DNA of 64,000 bases from Eledone cirrhosa (lineage: Eukaryota). The DNA lies in assembly GCA_964016885.1 (NCBI GenBank), contig OZ024742.1:123814001-123878000 (forward strand). The letters run 5' to 3'. The first letter of the stretch is position 1; the number at the start of each line of letters is the position of its first letter. A model generated the notes under the pieces. That model was not told where the DNA came from. It did no database searches and saw only the letters and a program-made list of their open reading frames with translations. Positions 1 through 15,829 of the stretch are shown here, piece after piece. The translations under genes and the position numbers were made by a program.

Positions 1-640
<640 letters not shown>

Positions 641-2129
641 TGCAGTTGTATACGTCGGTACATGGTTGAGAATTTCGCTATGTCACCATGTCAATTTGTG
701 CTGTATTTCACAGCTTTCCCCCGTAGGGCAATGGTTTCTATTATAGATTCCAGCTGACCATCATGAGTTAATTTTCTAGTCGCACGATATTCAACAAATT
801 CATTCTATTGCGGAATATTCTCTCACTCTTTGTCCTTTGATTTATGCCAGATCATCATGTTGATTATATTTATTTCTGCTACAATTGATTTAATCAATTT
901 AAAAGTCCGTATAGAGACACTATGTTCAAGTGAGTCTTCTGCATGCTACTGCTGCTATATAACCCAGTACAAATTGCTTCAGGGTTGAGTGCTGGCTGAT
1001 GAAACCGGCTCTGCCATTAGACCATGATCTGGTGGGGTGATTAAGTCGATTTCCAGCAGCAAAGATAACAGGGTTTTTATACTGAAGGATGATCTACTCG
1101 GAGTCAAATTCCAACCACCCCAAATGTTGGTTAAAATGCCTCACCGACCCGCAATTGGCCAGGCATGTTGAGTCCGGCTAAACCCCTGACATGACGATAA
1201 ATAAATAAAAATCGGTGAAGTAACACAACAGTGAGGGCTGCTCTAACACGAGTGAGAATACTCTGCATCGGTTCGTATTGTATAGAGCTACTAAACCATG
1301 AGCCACCAGAAAATGTATAAAATATTCTTTACAATTAAGAAACAAGACATAGATTAAAAGAGAAAAAAAAGGGGGTAAATTAAGCAAAAACAAGAAGAAT
1401 GAAACTTAAAATAGAATGTTCTAAACAAACAATTACCTAGTTGCTGGTTGGTCCTGAAGGTTGACATAAAGCATCACTTGCCACTCTCAATCACGCTCTT
1501 TTCTTTTCCACACACACACAATCCTCCTCCTCTATTTTGAAATTGAAGTCAAACAAAGACTGATGTTGAGTTTCATATCGATTAGTCATTGGGAAAACGA
1601 TGCTGTGATTGATTCAATCGAGAAATGCACGCACAAAAATTTAGATATTATTACTCTAGAATACTGAACCATTAGAAATGGCAAAAAGAAACTCTATTAT
1701 ATAAAATGTTAATGACAAACATGACTAAAGGATCTTATGAAGCAAAAACAGGACTAAAGGATCTTATGAAGCAAAAATATCGGATGGTTAAATCGCCAAT
1801 CAGTGAACTATTTCTGTTAAAAATTGCAGTTACTCTGATTATAAATGAAGTATCCTCTTTACCGATAAATATTCCCCTCTGCTTACCTTAAAATATTAAT
1901 GAAGCTAACTGTAACTGTTTATCTGTATCTTCGTTAAATGACACTCTTACTACATATTTAAGGTCACTTTTATATTATAAAGCAATTCATTTCACTGTAT
2001 ATAATGTCAAATTTGGTTTTACATCAAAATAGGATATAAGCTAAGATCTCACAGATGTATTACAGTGAATGTCATACATCGATTAACTGAGACCATCAAG
2101 AAAATAAAGCCAGAAATTTGAAGCGAGGG

Positions 2130-2290
2130 CGAAAGTCGATGAAATTGAACACTGTGTGTTACTGGTAATTTATTTTATCGAACCCGTAAGGGTGAAAGGA
2201 ATTTTAAGTCAGAATGTAAAGGGCCGTAAATATATGCCACAGACCATGTTATCCCGCAGGTCACCGATACTGAAAAATCTCCCGCCACAC
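2130..2290 (-). mobile_element. Degenerate tRNA-derived SINE (family A)
   Basis: Contains actggtaatttattttatcgaacccgtaagggtgaaagg, matching the better copies at 39457 and 56411. Confidence 0.7.
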
Positions 2291-2447
2291 CTGAAGTAAT
2301 ATACCTTTCAGTTGGCAAGAAGAACAGAAATAACTTGACAGGAAGAATTGGTCTAATGGAGAAATTGTTTGAGAATTCATTCCTTACATTTTTGGAATAA
2401 GTATTACTTACTTATCTACACAACTGAAGTTTAATTTGACTTATCTT

Positions 2448-2486
<39 letters not shown>

Positions 2487-2769
2487 AGGGAGTGTAACTT
2501 GGAGTTACTGAGGTTCACCCGGGTGAGCACTTGATTTTAGGTTCACTTCTGTGTCGAGGTGTAGATCTATACAGAGTGTATTATAGTGATTTTCCACTCG
2601 CACTTAAAGAGGTCCATCGAGCTGCAGATTACAGAGTCGGGTAAGATCGATACAGATCGTACCTTGAGCTGATCAGTTGCGAAACGCGCGTCACCAATAA
2701 ATAAATGTAATGAAGTAATAACCAATCGTCCTTGTTAATCTTTCACTATATATATATATATATATATAA

Positions 2770-2983
2770 AAGGAACGATCGACTTTCGTCAAATCGGACC
2801 GAGGGAACAATGTTTCCGTTGGTCTTCCCAATTGCTAATACTATCTATCGGCTGCAACTCCAGGTAGAAGGAGCAACGTGAAATAAAGTGTCTTGCTCAA
2901 GGACATAACGCATCACCTGGTCCAAGAATCGAACTCACAACCTTACGATTACGAATCCAATTATCTAACCACTCAGCCACATG

Positions 2984-2986
<3 letters not shown>
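2770..2986 (-). mobile_element. tRNA-derived SINE (family B), 5' part
   Basis: Minus strand: A-box tggctgagtggttag, B-box gagttcgattct, then tgtccttgagcaagacactttatttcac shared with 16490-16520. Confidence 0.75.
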
Positions 2987-3070
<84 letters not shown>

Positions 3071-3824
3071 ATGATAGATATACTAATGTGATCAACTGAA
3101 GGTAAGTGTGTCTCAAAGTATCAATTGAAACTGAGTTTATACTGCTTAGATGTTGGCTCTACATTCTCGAGTACATGAGACATGCAATTAATTTTAAGAT
3201 TCATTGTTATTTCTATCTAGTCATTAATAGTCCCAACTTTGTAAAGTAGGTGCACTCAATGTAAATGTCACATAGTTAATTAGCTCTGAGTAAGAAACTC
3301 TGTTTTTAGAGTGTCGAAGTAAAATAATCTAGCGCAAATATAATTAAAAGATAAGTGATCACTTCTTACACATTTTACAAGTCATTTTTCTGAACCGAAC
3401 AAGACAGTACATGTTTAGATTAACCTATGTAAATACATGGATATTAATTCTACATCAAACTATTATGTCCTTCGTGTTCTTTATTTTTTGAATTTAAACC
3501 AATCTGTTGTGGCCAGTGTGTTTTTAATTATTTTAAAATTAATCAGAACCCGTTTCAAAATACATCACTAACTGTCACTTGGGTGATTGTAATGGAATCA
3601 ACTCTTGGAGGCCCTGTAAACGTATCGTTCATCTATCCCCGACTAAATATTTAAAAGGTGTATTATTGATCAAACTATTTAGTTTGAATATAACTTCATA
3701 GACCTTCCCAACGAGGATATACAAATGATCAGAATATATCGATTTAAATTGTTTCTTTTTTCGGATTATGATAGCATGGCTTAGCGGAAGATCCTCAGAT
3801 GAATGCTTTACATATCGATTTATA

Positions 3825-3950
3825 ATTTAGACACAAGTCCAGGAATTTGAGGGAAGGGGAATGTCGATTATGTTATATATAGGGACTCTATTTGGTCGAC
3901 ACCGAAATGATAAACGGCAAAGTTAACCTCGATGGGATTTGGACTCAGAC
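3825..3950 (-). mobile_element. Degenerate SINE family A
   Basis: ggcaaagttaacctcgatgggatttggactcaga core. Confidence 0.65.
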
Positions 3951-4775
3951 TGAAAATACATATAGAATATAGATAGAATATTTCGTTGAAAATAACATCA
4001 GTGTCAATATTTTATGGAGTTATACCGCTGGACTACAAAGAAAACATCTCTTACACATGTCTTCAATATTAGGGTAAAATATATAATTTGAAAGGATATT
4101 GAATATAAAATACAAAACCCAGTTAAAGTATTCAACGAAACCAATTCACAGAGACGGTATAATTTAACAGTGTGATAGAAACATGTGTTTAAAATATTAT
4201 CTTAAAATAGTCATATTTCTTGTGGCGCAATTGTGTCTGATTGTTATTGACTGAGTGGATCGGAGAATGCTATGAAATAGATATTTAGCAAGTAATTGTA
4301 TTTGATAACTGTGTGATGAGACACAACTTTTAAGCACTTTCAAGTAAATTGAAAATATAACGTCATAACATTTTATTTCATTCATAATGTCACTCACTCA
4401 CTTTGTTTTTAACTGTATATAAAATTACCTAAAAGTTACATAAAAATCGATAAAATAAAGAAATAGTTAACATATATATTCCTTCTAAAAATAATAATAA
4501 GGGAGCGACAAATGTTGAATTAATACCATGGGAAAGCGGGATATATACCATTAACCATAACAAGTGCATTTTAAATAAAAAGTATCCGGGTATGGATTCC
4601 GAAGTGATGATGTTAAAACGAGAAATTTAGAAATTTTTGAGTTTAAAAGTTTTCATTCAATCAAATCAAATGTTTCTCTCTCAATAATCTGTAAATAACT
4701 TCTCCTTTCTTGCCATACCTATTGGAGTTCAATACCCAAATAACATGTCTATATCGACATCCTATCTCTCTCTCT

Positions 4776-4813
<38 letters not shown>

Positions 4814-5257
4814 TGGCTGCCAACTCGTTTTCGAGTACGGCCACTACGTTATATCCATGTACGAGAACTCCTACCGATGCGCTGAATGAGTGTGACATTT
4901 TAGTCCAGCCAGCGACTTGAAAACACTGGTACAAACACTACACTTGTGACAATTATTAACACATATTGCTGGGCCCATGGTACCATGTGACGACAAGTGC
5001 AGAGAGATCTCCAGATATAAAGCAATGCCTGTGCCGTGAAGCTTTTATAGTGATCAAAGGCACTGCACAAAGCCAGTCCCACTCTCTTAACCAAGATGAT
5101 ATTTACCAAAAAGAAGAACAAGTCAACATCATTGGATACCATCAGGGTTGCAGGTGTTATATCAGAGGTTTCCTTCACCTAGCATTCTGTCTTGACAAAG
5201 GCTAAGGGGTCATCTCTCCCGGATATATATACATACATACATATATATATATATATA

Positions 5258-5324
<67 letters not shown>

Positions 5325-5465
5325 ATACTTTAGGAGGTCATGTTGCCAATAAGAAACACACGCACCAGTTGCTTTCACTTCAATTTATTATAATAAATTT
5401 ATAATTTTAGGAATTTATAAATTTCCGGTTGGTTGGTTCCATAACCAGATGGTTGTTTATATATT

Positions 5466-5508
5466 GTCAAAGTTCTTTCGTCACACATTCTGTGACCTCT
5501 TTAGTGAC
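5466..5508 (-). ncRNA. Type I hammerhead ribozyme, core-mutated (CUAAAGA), in a PLE 3' pseudo-LTR
   Basis: Minus: gtca-CTAAAGA-g-gtcaca gaatg tgtgac-GAAA gaac TT-tgac; stems I and II pair; lies downstream of the GIY-YIG ORF. Confidence 0.65.
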
Positions 5509-5849
5509 TGCAGATTCTTTTCTTTGTTTTTTGTGCCTCTCCCTTGTTCTGTCCTACGCCATTTTTTTTGTGTGTGTTGTGTGCTTAGTTTGCGCATGTG
5601 TTACATCCGGGTGTCTGTGTGTGTTTATATTCGTTTATTAATTTGTTTATTTACATGTTACTGGTTGGTTCTTTGTTCTATGTGCGTGTGTGTTTTCATT
5701 TTGTCCTTAATTGTAAGTTGTGATGTTGTTGTTCCACTAATGTTTTCTATTTAATTTTGGTTGTAATTCACTTATGTTTATTGCCTCTGTGATTTGTCTA
5801 AACATTGCGTCTTTTCTGTGTGTAGATTCTATTTTTATTTCTATGTTCT

Positions 5850-6380
5850 CTAACTTACTCTATGTTCTATTTTAGCATGTTGGTAGAGTACAGATGATTC
5901 TTTACTATCTTGAAGGTCTCGCCAGTGTACATTTATCCGTTCCCCTATACTACGAGCTATCTCACCTATGTACACTATATTGTTATCTCTACATTGTCCT
6001 TCAGTACATCTTATGCTATATACTACAATTCTAGTTTTACAGTTAATATGGGGGCTTAATTTACAGATTATACATTTCTTATCTATACAGGGAGGTCTTT
6101 GAAAAGGGTATGTCTTGTTAATAAGTGTTTTTATGGAGGTACCTGGTCTTTCTACTATCTTAATATTGAGTTTATGTTTATCTAGGGTCCTTCTGAATTT
6201 GTAAGCTAATTCACCTCTACGTGTTGTATCGATGAACATTACACTCTGGTATTTATTGCTATCATACCATGAGTTTATTCTATTAACCTTATTCCTAGTT
6301 CTTTCTATTCTATTCCAAAATTGACTCCTATACAAGGGGCATGTCCCATTTGTATCATTATTTACAATTTCTTCCCATTT
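5850..6380 (-). pseudogene. Penelope-like element, RT-EN linker plus GIY-YIG endonuclease fragment
   Basis: CIDKKCIIC..CKTRIVVYSIRC..YIGEIARSIGERINVH..SVLYQH; 5'-truncated. Confidence 0.88.
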
Positions 6381-6516
6381 GGTTCTCCCTCCCAAAACAT
6401 AACAATATCGGTTTCAACACACTCTCTCTATATATATATATATATACAAACTCTTTTCGCTCTTAACGTGCTGGATACCTTAATGTATTTCAGAGTTAAT
6501 AATAATAATATTATAA

Positions 6517-6700
6517 TTGCTTCTACTTTTGGCCCAAGGTCAGCAATTACCCCAGTGCACTACTGGTGCTTTATTTTATCGACCCCGTAAGGATGAAAGA
6601 CAAAATTAACCTGGGGAACTGAACTCAGAACGTAAATGACCATAACTCTATGCTGCAAAGCATGGTGTCTGCCGCTCTACCAATACTGCCAATCCACACA
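6517..6700 (-). mobile_element. SINE family A
   Basis: ttctacttttggcc...ttatcgaccccgtaaggatgaaag...gaactcagaacgtaaa...actgccaatccac. Confidence 0.85.
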
Positions 6701-7079
6701 CAATCCATATACTCCATATAATAACCTTATTAAATATTCGCTTTGCTTACAAGTAAACAGTCTCGTAAATCACCATGTGGTAGATGACAACGCCATACCA
6801 TTGTTGCAGCGGTAGCTGAAGAAAACAATTGACAATTGTTTCAGAGTGTCTTGCTCTTTGTCAAGATTGTGTATTCTGTTCGTTCTGCTACCGACTGGAA
6901 CTTCTGAGAATACATAGTATTCTCAAATGTTATACATCGGCTGATTAGCTACATTTGCATACGGAGAGATTTACCGGCCGGCGTTGCCGAAAATTATAGT
7001 AAACAAATTTTTCTTTCATTCTCATCGTGGTGAATACTTAAGTGTATTCGTGAATGAATAACAATAATATTGTAATAAT

Positions 7080-8880
7080 ATCATAACATTATTAATATTC
7101 GGTTTGTAGAAAGTAGGTTGAGCTTCTCTAGTCGACCCTAATATCCAAGACATGTCATGCCGTCTTACTTTATTGTGATTAACGTTTGAAATATTCTGAC
7201 TTTTTAATTTTTTATGGAGTGTCTATGTACATACCAGCGTTCTTTGAGAGCTTTCGCTATGGATCCTATATGTTTTCATTTACGTTTACTAGTGCTAATT
7301 ATGCATTGGTATACTAAGATACTGTTGAGGTATTTGTTTTTTAGAGGGCATTAATCCGGTTGTGGGCAGTTACAGTTCACCATCTTCCAATGTAAATGTT
7401 CCAAACCATTATATGTGGTGCGAGTTGGATTAGGTTGTTAAGTAGACGTGATTATGCTGGCGGGGTCCGTTATCCTAGGACAGTTTACTGGTTGTGAGCA
7501 TCCTATTGTGTTGCGTTTATTGTTACATTCTACGCGAGAGCTTTGTATATTATTATACATGGATATAAGCTTTTTGTTAAGTTTCTTTATATACACATCA
7601 TGATTTATCGCAGTTGTGTATGATAATGTGGATGGTTTCCTATTAATAGTTTTATAGTTTTTGTGTGATTTGTGGAAGTGCTTATCTATTAGGTTGAAGA
7701 ATACTAGGGATAGTGAAGTTGTAAACGCTGAATTGAATACCGGATTGTACCAGAGGCATGTTATACTTCTAGGTTTCCTTGTTGTTAGTTTTTGGGTTTC
7801 TATCTGGAGGTTGCATGAGATCTTATTACCTTGTTGGCTTTCCTTATTATTGATTTTTATGTGGTGAGTGTTTTAGTTAGGGCTATTCTTAGAGTTATTT
7901 CTACGTCTGGCTTTCGCTTATTTTCTCCGGCAGATCCTTATGGCAAGTTATATATAATGCACTGTTTTGTTATTCAACATGCTCCTTAAATATGTCTACA
8001 GAGGATGAGACGCAGGGAATTCTTATAAACACGTTTCAGGCTATTGGTTTGATTAGAGATTGAGGGTGATTCGACTGATAACTAATGTATGATAGGTTTT
8101 CATTATTGTTATCAATCTGTAGATTAGATTAAGCATTACATCCAGTAAGGTGTGCTCGAACGTCATATTAAAGCCTGTTCGACCGAAGAAGGGTCTGTTC
8201 CTCTTCATAATCTTTCTAGATTTTGATTATTTGTGTGTTTAACTAAAAGAAGGGCATCGTCTCTTTGATGTCCTCCTTAGAGATCTTTGAAATACCTTAC
8301 GTCAGTAACTTGCGCAGAGTCACTGGAGCCCATAGTAATATCGAAACACTTTTCTCCATCATTGCGCTCCCAGTACTCGTCCTCAAATATGATAATTGAC
8401 AACCTATCTGCTATCAATACACTAATTTCTTCCATAATTAGATCGGAGTTCTTTTTAGCGAAAGTGAGTGCCTTATTGAGAAGAACAGGGGTTATAGATC
8501 AATAAAAATCGTTCACATTCAACTGTATAAACTTAGAGATTTCCTTTCTATCTAATCCTCAAAACGAGTCAATGGCCTCCGTAGTGTTAACTGATAATTT
8601 GATTGTTAGTCTATCATTCACTTGTCTTATTAATCTATCTAGGATGTGCTTGCTTATTTTTCCCCTGCGTCCGAATTTCATAGGCAAATCAGTCAAAAGG
8701 GGTTGTTTGATTCGAAATCGCCTTTGTAGACTTTTAAGTTGAATGTGGAACATCTAGAGGGAAATGGTTCAGTTTAATATATGAACCTTTTTTGTATGTG
8801 CATAATTATACCTATTTTATTTTCTACCTGCTTCTCCTCCTTCCCCTAACGTTATAAGGTCCCGAGGTCCATTCAAGTCC
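7080..8880 (-). pseudogene. Decayed PLE RT + linker + GIY-YIG (CxC type, resembling the Hydra clade)
   Basis: Manual translation: CFDITMGSSDSAQVTD and QRDDAL (RT motifs), CLWYNP, FFNLIDKHF, CNCPQPD*CPLKNKYL..LVYQC; many stops. Confidence 0.8.
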
Positions 8881-9348
8881 TTATTCCTGAAATTTGGTAT
8901 GCTAGGGTAAATTTACCGTAATTGAATCCGATTTATCCAAGCACTTTCTAGATACAATATCTTCACATGTTAAAATGAAACATATGTAAATGTTATGCAA
9001 TACGTGCTTATCTTCTTGTATAGTGAACGGCGTATTCGTGTAACTCATTATCTAATTGTAATTACTCCATGGATTATCGGTTGCTGAACATTCCAAAGAT
9101 CATACTAAGAACAACTTCAAGGGGTAACCCATATGTTGAGCCAGAAACATCTGCTTGCAGAGATAGTCATCGATTGAGACAAGTTGACAAAGCAACTATC
9201 CGTTTGGCAAATTGACATTTAAGCTTAATCTCAGTTGATAAACTATAGGTGCGAAAAGTGCAGAGCATCTGGAGTTAATATATTTATATATTTATATATT
9301 TTTTATAGATCCTGACGAGCTGGATTTTTAGCCTGGATGGTGTTTTAT

Positions 9349-9418
<70 letters not shown>

Positions 9419-9458
9419 GAGAGTATTGAAGTTTGCTTGAAGCATTGTGGAATAATAA

Positions 9459-10253
<795 letters not shown>

Positions 10254-10323
10254 GTATATACTTATATATATAAGTATGTACACGTAGAGTGGGAAATGAA
10301 ATTTCGTTTCATTTTTTCCGTTC

Positions 10324-10355
<32 letters not shown>

Positions 10356-10837
10356 ATGTGCGCGCGCGTGTGTGTGTGTGTTCGTGTGTGTTTCTGTGTA
10401 TGTGTGTGTGAGTGTGTCTATCGATAACTACCTAAACATTTCTATTTTATGAATTGCATATCCTATAATATTTATACCATCACTATATCATTGTCATCGA
10501 TGTCATCAAAACTCTTAAATAACATATATGATCCATCAGAATTATCAATACATTTTATATTGTTTATCATTCACACAATTTTAAATAGATGTTTCATCAT
10601 TTTATCGTAATCTTATACTATTAACCCCCAACTGATCCTATAGAGTCAAGATAGAAATTAAGGTAAAATGGTTACTTCATTGTATTGTGCCTCATGTTAC
10701 ATCCATCTAATCACAAATCTATTTTAAAATATCTATTAGATTTGGAGATCTCTACTATGTATGCGTCATTGTATAGATTTCTTACTGTCTCCGTCTTCTT
10801 CTCTGTCTACGACTTCTATTACATTTGTTCCACTCAT

Positions 10838-11028
10838 TTCTGGGAGAGTTGTGGAGGCTGAGTCCTCAAACACAAATTCCAGTTGGTTATGTCAGAAGCA
10901 ACCGTCGCCAATTGATACACCTGTATACGCAAACACAATAAGCCTAGTTCCTGGACGTTATCCAACTATATTGCTCGGTGACTACACCTGGGTCACCTGC
11001 GGGTGGTTTTGCCTGTAAAATCTGTCCC
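10838..11028 (+). repeat. Dispersed repeat (further copies at ~48168-48385 and ~45280-45440), possibly a LINE 5' region
   Basis: Shared gtggaggc.gagt.ctcaa, cagaagcaaccgtc, tatccaactat, gtaaaatct. Confidence 0.6.
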
Positions 11029-11561
11029 CCAAAAAATAATAAGTAATTGTTACATAAAAACTGGCACTACAAGAAACGGCACGTAAATAATCATGCGAAC
11101 ATGTATTACCAATAATTAATACAATATTTTAGTATTACCATTATTCATATGTTGTGTCGCATATACTTTTTCTTTCTTGACATTCTATTTGCAATCTACT
11201 TTTCCATAAGAAATTTATTCACATTAAACTGACTCTAATTATCATACGCTAAGTCTATACATAGCACCAATTGTTTAGGCGTATTCATTCAAATCTTGAG
11301 AATTGCCTAACATAGTGTCTCATGCGTATGGACATGTATAATATATATGTTTATATATTATATGTATATATGTAAAGAATAAAGATACAAAATAAAACCA
11401 ATCCTTACTAACATACAGAGACGATGGGAAAGGTAGTAAGATAGAGGCAGCGGGTACGTAAAAAATTAAAATGGTGCCACCCTAAAAAAATATATAAAAA
11501 AAAATAAAATATAAAATAACAATCAGATAAAAGATGAGCAGTAAAAATAAAACATATACAA

Positions 11562-11610
<49 letters not shown>

Positions 11611-11615
11611 CACAC

Positions 11616-11740
<125 letters not shown>

Positions 11741-11776
11741 CGTGTGTGTGTATATATTTCTATAGGTTTTATTTTA

Positions 11777-11927
11777 AGAGCAAACATTTATTAAAATAAC
11801 AGATTAAAGTTTAAGCAAAGAATCGCTGCTTTCACACTTAACGGGATCTTTAGAAGATCCCGTTAAGGGTGAAAGCAGCGATTCTTTGCTTAAACTTTAA
11901 TCTGTTATTTTAATAAATACTTGCTCT
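11777..11927. repeat. 150-bp palindrome built from the 3' part of a hammerhead
   Basis: Centre ~11851; right arm GAAGA-tcccgttaagggt-GAAAgca..tgcTT. Confidence 0.85.
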
Positions 11928-12003
11928 ACGGTTCTTATATATTTGATATATATTTATCCTTATCGAGCCCTCTTTGGATTTTAGTCTTCAAATTTATTAT
12001 TAT

Positions 12004-12057
<54 letters not shown>

Positions 12058-12281
12058 GATGGGTCATTCTTTGGCTGAGAGGGGGAACTGACTAAGCGAA
12101 TTTAGTTGAAATCTGCGGTAGCTAATGGTCAACTTCCTTCGGACATGCGCCTGCGCAGACCGGTGGGGGTGAATTGGTACTCATAGGGGAACGGATGAAG
12201 AACCCAAAAGCACACACTTCGTCCGCTCCCATGTCGATTCAATTTGGATTGCCTCGGAAACATAACCTTATTATGTAACAA

Positions 12282-12355
12282 GCTGTCTGACGATGACCCC
12301 ACACTCGCACACAGAACAGTGTGGCAAGTGTCGTCATTGAAATATATATCACAGC
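12282..12355 (+). ncRNA. Type I hammerhead ribozyme with extended stem II
   Basis: gctgt-CTGACGA-tgac..gtca tt-GAAA tatata TC-acagc; stem I is perfect. Confidence 0.85.
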
Positions 12356-12480
12356 ATTATTATTATAAGACTTGAACATCTGAAACTACTTCGCTTTTCT
12401 TTATTCTGTATAAATATATATATATATATAAATAAAAATAACAGGAGGATGGAGTGGTGTAAATCCTTGAAAGGTTTATT

Positions 12481-12538
12481 ATACTATGATCATTTCAATG
12501 ACCGGGTTCCATATGAATCCGGTGATATCATCAGGTAT
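12481..12538 (-). ncRNA. Type I hammerhead ribozyme
   Basis: Minus: atac-CTGATGA-..accggattc atatg gaacccggt..-GAAA tgatca TA-gtat. Confidence 0.85.
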
Positions 12539-13035
12539 TTGAAATATAACAAAGAATATGTAAAAACCATTGGTCCGAAAAATCAGAGACAAAGAGGACG
12601 ACTGACCAACTAGCTGTCTTCACCTCGGTCAGTCGCCCTCAAAGTGATGGCAACTCGATCTGCTAATGACCATCTGGTGAGGGTCGAAGGCTTATAATGT
12701 ACTACAACTCTCCGTCAAAAATAAAAAAATAAAAAAAGGGAAGAAAGAAAGAGAGAAGAAAAAAAGAAAAAAAGGAAAGAAAGAGGTCAGCGTAAGGGTC
12801 ACACTACAGTCAAGCTAGAAAACGCCGCGAAAAACGTTATTCTAAAGAATCTATATTTTAACAAAGGCATATATAATGGGTGTCTGTATGGTCTAATGTG
12901 TGAACAGAAATTTGCAACTTTAAACTTATTTCACGAGTTATAGGATGAAATTAAATTAAAAGAAAATAAATTGAAAATTGGAAAATAAATAAAAAAAATT
13001 ATTTAATGTACTTACTGAGAGAGTCTTATATGAAA

Positions 13036-13067
<32 letters not shown>

Positions 13068-13084
13068 GTAACTATATAACTATA

Positions 13085-13275
13085 TCACGAAAGAGATGTG
13101 GTAGGGAACTAAATGGACCATAAGGCTCCAGAGTAGCCAATACTTATGGTAGTAGAGTGGGTAATAGGAACACGTTTAAGCCCGACGGCAGAGCTCAAGC
13201 CGATTCGACGGCTATTTCAGTCCAGAAATAGCCGTCGATGCGGCTTGAGCTCTGCCGTCGGGGTTAAACTTTTTC

Positions 13276-13280
<5 letters not shown>
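13085..13280 (+). mobile_element. ~200-bp hairpin-ended non-autonomous element (copy 1 of 4)
   Basis: Homologous to 17413-17550 (-), 32080-32248 (+) and 40770-40958 (-); terminal GC-rich hairpin; always in (TA)n. Confidence 0.8.
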
Positions 13281-13339
<59 letters not shown>

Positions 13340-13343
<4 letters not shown>

Positions 13344-15810
13344 GGAAAAAATGAAATGAAATTTCATTTCCCACTCTTCGTGCGGCTGTTTCTTAAATAT
13401 AAGTATGTACACGTACATACATATATGTATACAGACGTACAGTAGTATGTATACATATATACATGCATGCACACACATATATATATATACGTATGGATTA
13501 ACCGAACATTTATTATAATGCTCGGTGTGTTTGTAAACAAACATCCCGTATTAAGCCGTAGTGTCTAGCAACCATCGTTGCTCGTTTGTTCAACACTGAC
13601 AAAGGAACGCTGTACTAATTTCAACCTTGTTAGCTATCGTCAGCAACGTATACCTTCCTGCCAGATTGTTGAACGTCTGAAAGTATATACTTTCCTTATG
13701 CATATTAACGGCTGAGTAGCCCAATTCGCATATCAAGTGGGGTAATCGGCCGGGTGCACTGAAAACGATAAACGGAAAAAATGAAATGAAATTTCATTTC
13801 CCACACTTAGTACGGCTGTTACTTAAATATAAGTATGTACACGTATATACATATATGTATACACACGTACAGTAGTATGTATATATATACATGCATGCAC
13901 ACACATATATATATATATGTACGTATGGATTCACCGAATATTTATTATAATGCTCGGTGTGTTTGTAAACAAACATCCCGTATTAAGCCGTAGTGTCAAG
14001 CAACCATCGTTGCTCGTTTGTTCAACACCGACAAAAGGAACGCTGTACTAGTTTCAAGCTTATTAGCTATCGTCAGCAACGTATACCTTCCTGCCAGATT
14101 GTTGAACATCTGAAAGTATATACTTTCCTTAGGCATATTAACGGCTGAGTAGCCCAATTTGCATATCGAGTAGGGTAATCGGCCGGGTGCACTGAAAACG
14201 ATAAACGGAAAAAATGAAATGAAATTTCATTTCCCACACTTAGTACGGCTGTTACTTAAATATAAGTATGTACATGTATATACATATATGTATACAGACG
14301 TACAGTAGTATGTATATATATATACATGCATGCACACACATTTATATATATGTACGTATGGATTCACCGAACATTTATTATAATGCTCGGTGTGTTTGTA
14401 AACAAACATCCCGTATTAAGCCGTAGTGTCTAGCAACCATCGTTGCTCGTTTGTTCAACACTGACAAAGGAACACTGTACTAGTTTCAAGCTTATTAGCT
14501 ATCGTCAGCAACAGATACCTTCCTGCCAGATTGTTGAACATCTGAAAGTATATACTTTCCGTAGGCATATTAACGCCTGAGTAGCCCAATTTGCATATCG
14601 AGTGGGTTAATCGGCCGGGTGCACCTAAAACGATAAACGGAAAAAATGAAATGAAATGAAATTTCCCACTCTTAGTACGGCTGATACTTAAATATAAGTA
14701 TGTACACGTACATACATATATGTATACAGACGTACAGTAGTATGTATATATATATATACATACATACAGAAATATATATATGTACGTATGGATTCACCGA
14801 ACATTTATTATAATGCTCGGTGTGTTTGGAAACAAACATCCCGTATTAAGCCGTAGCGTCTAGCAACAATCGTTGCTCGTTTGTTCAACACTGACAAAGA
14901 AACGCTGTACTAGTTTCAAGCTTATTAGCTATCGTCAGCAACGTATACCTTCCTGCCAGATTGTTGAACGTCTGAAAGTATATACTTTCCTTATGCATAT
15001 TAATGGCTGAGTAGCCCAATTTGCATATCGAGTGGAGTAATCGGCCGGGTGCACTGAAAATGATGAACGGAAAAAATGAAATGAAATTTCATTTCCCACA
15101 CTTAGTACGGCTGTTACTTAAATATGTATGTACACGGACATACATATATGTATACAGACGTAGAGTAGTATGTATATATATATATATACATACATGCACA
15201 CACATATATATATATGTACGTATGGATTGACTGAACATTTATTATAATGCTCGGTGTGTTTGTAGACAAACATCCCGTATTAACCCGTAATGTCTAGCAA
15301 CCATCGTTGCTCGTCTGTTCAACACTGACAAAGGAACGCTGTACTAGTTTCAAGCTTATTAGCTACATACTTATATTTAAGTAACAGCCGTACTAAGAGT
15401 GAGAAATGAAATTTCATTTCATTTTTTCCGTTTATCGTTTTCGGTGCACCCGGCCGATTAACCTACTCGATATGCAAATTGGGCTACTCAGCCGTTAATA
15501 TGCATAAGGAAAGTATATACTTTCAGACGTTCAACAATCTGGCAGGAAGTTATACGTTGCTGACGATAGCTAATAAGCTTGAAACTAGTACAGCGTTCCT
15601 TTGTCAGTGTTGAACAAACGAGCACCGATGGTTGCTAGACACTACGGCTTAATACGGGATGTTTGTTTACAAACACACCGAGCATTATAATAAATGTTCG
15701 GTGAATCCATACGTACACATATATATGTGTGCATGTATATATATATATATATATATATACATACTACTGTACGTCTGTATACATATATCTATGTACGTGT
15801 ACATACTTAT
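13340..15810. repeat. ~431-bp hammerhead-bearing tandem array (retrozyme or pLTR array): ~4.7 copies (-) then 1 inverted copy (+)
   Basis: Unit starts aacggaaaaaatgaaatg at ~13341, 13771, 14203, 14636, 15066; inversion junction ~15365. Confidence 0.93.
15554..15596 (+). ncRNA. Minimal type I hammerhead (minus-strand copies at ~13607, 14040, 14472, 14902; truncated copy at 15337)
   Basis: acgttg-CTGACGA-t agct aata agct t-GAAA ctag TA-cagcgt. Confidence 0.9.
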
Positions 15811-15829
15811 ATATATATATATATATATG

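Noticed and set aside
997-1030. CTGATGAAAC motif
   Set aside because: No stem II or matching stem I; probably chance
4810-5220. GC-richer insert between (TA)n tracts with short ORFs
   Set aside because: Probably a TE fragment, but no motif I can identify
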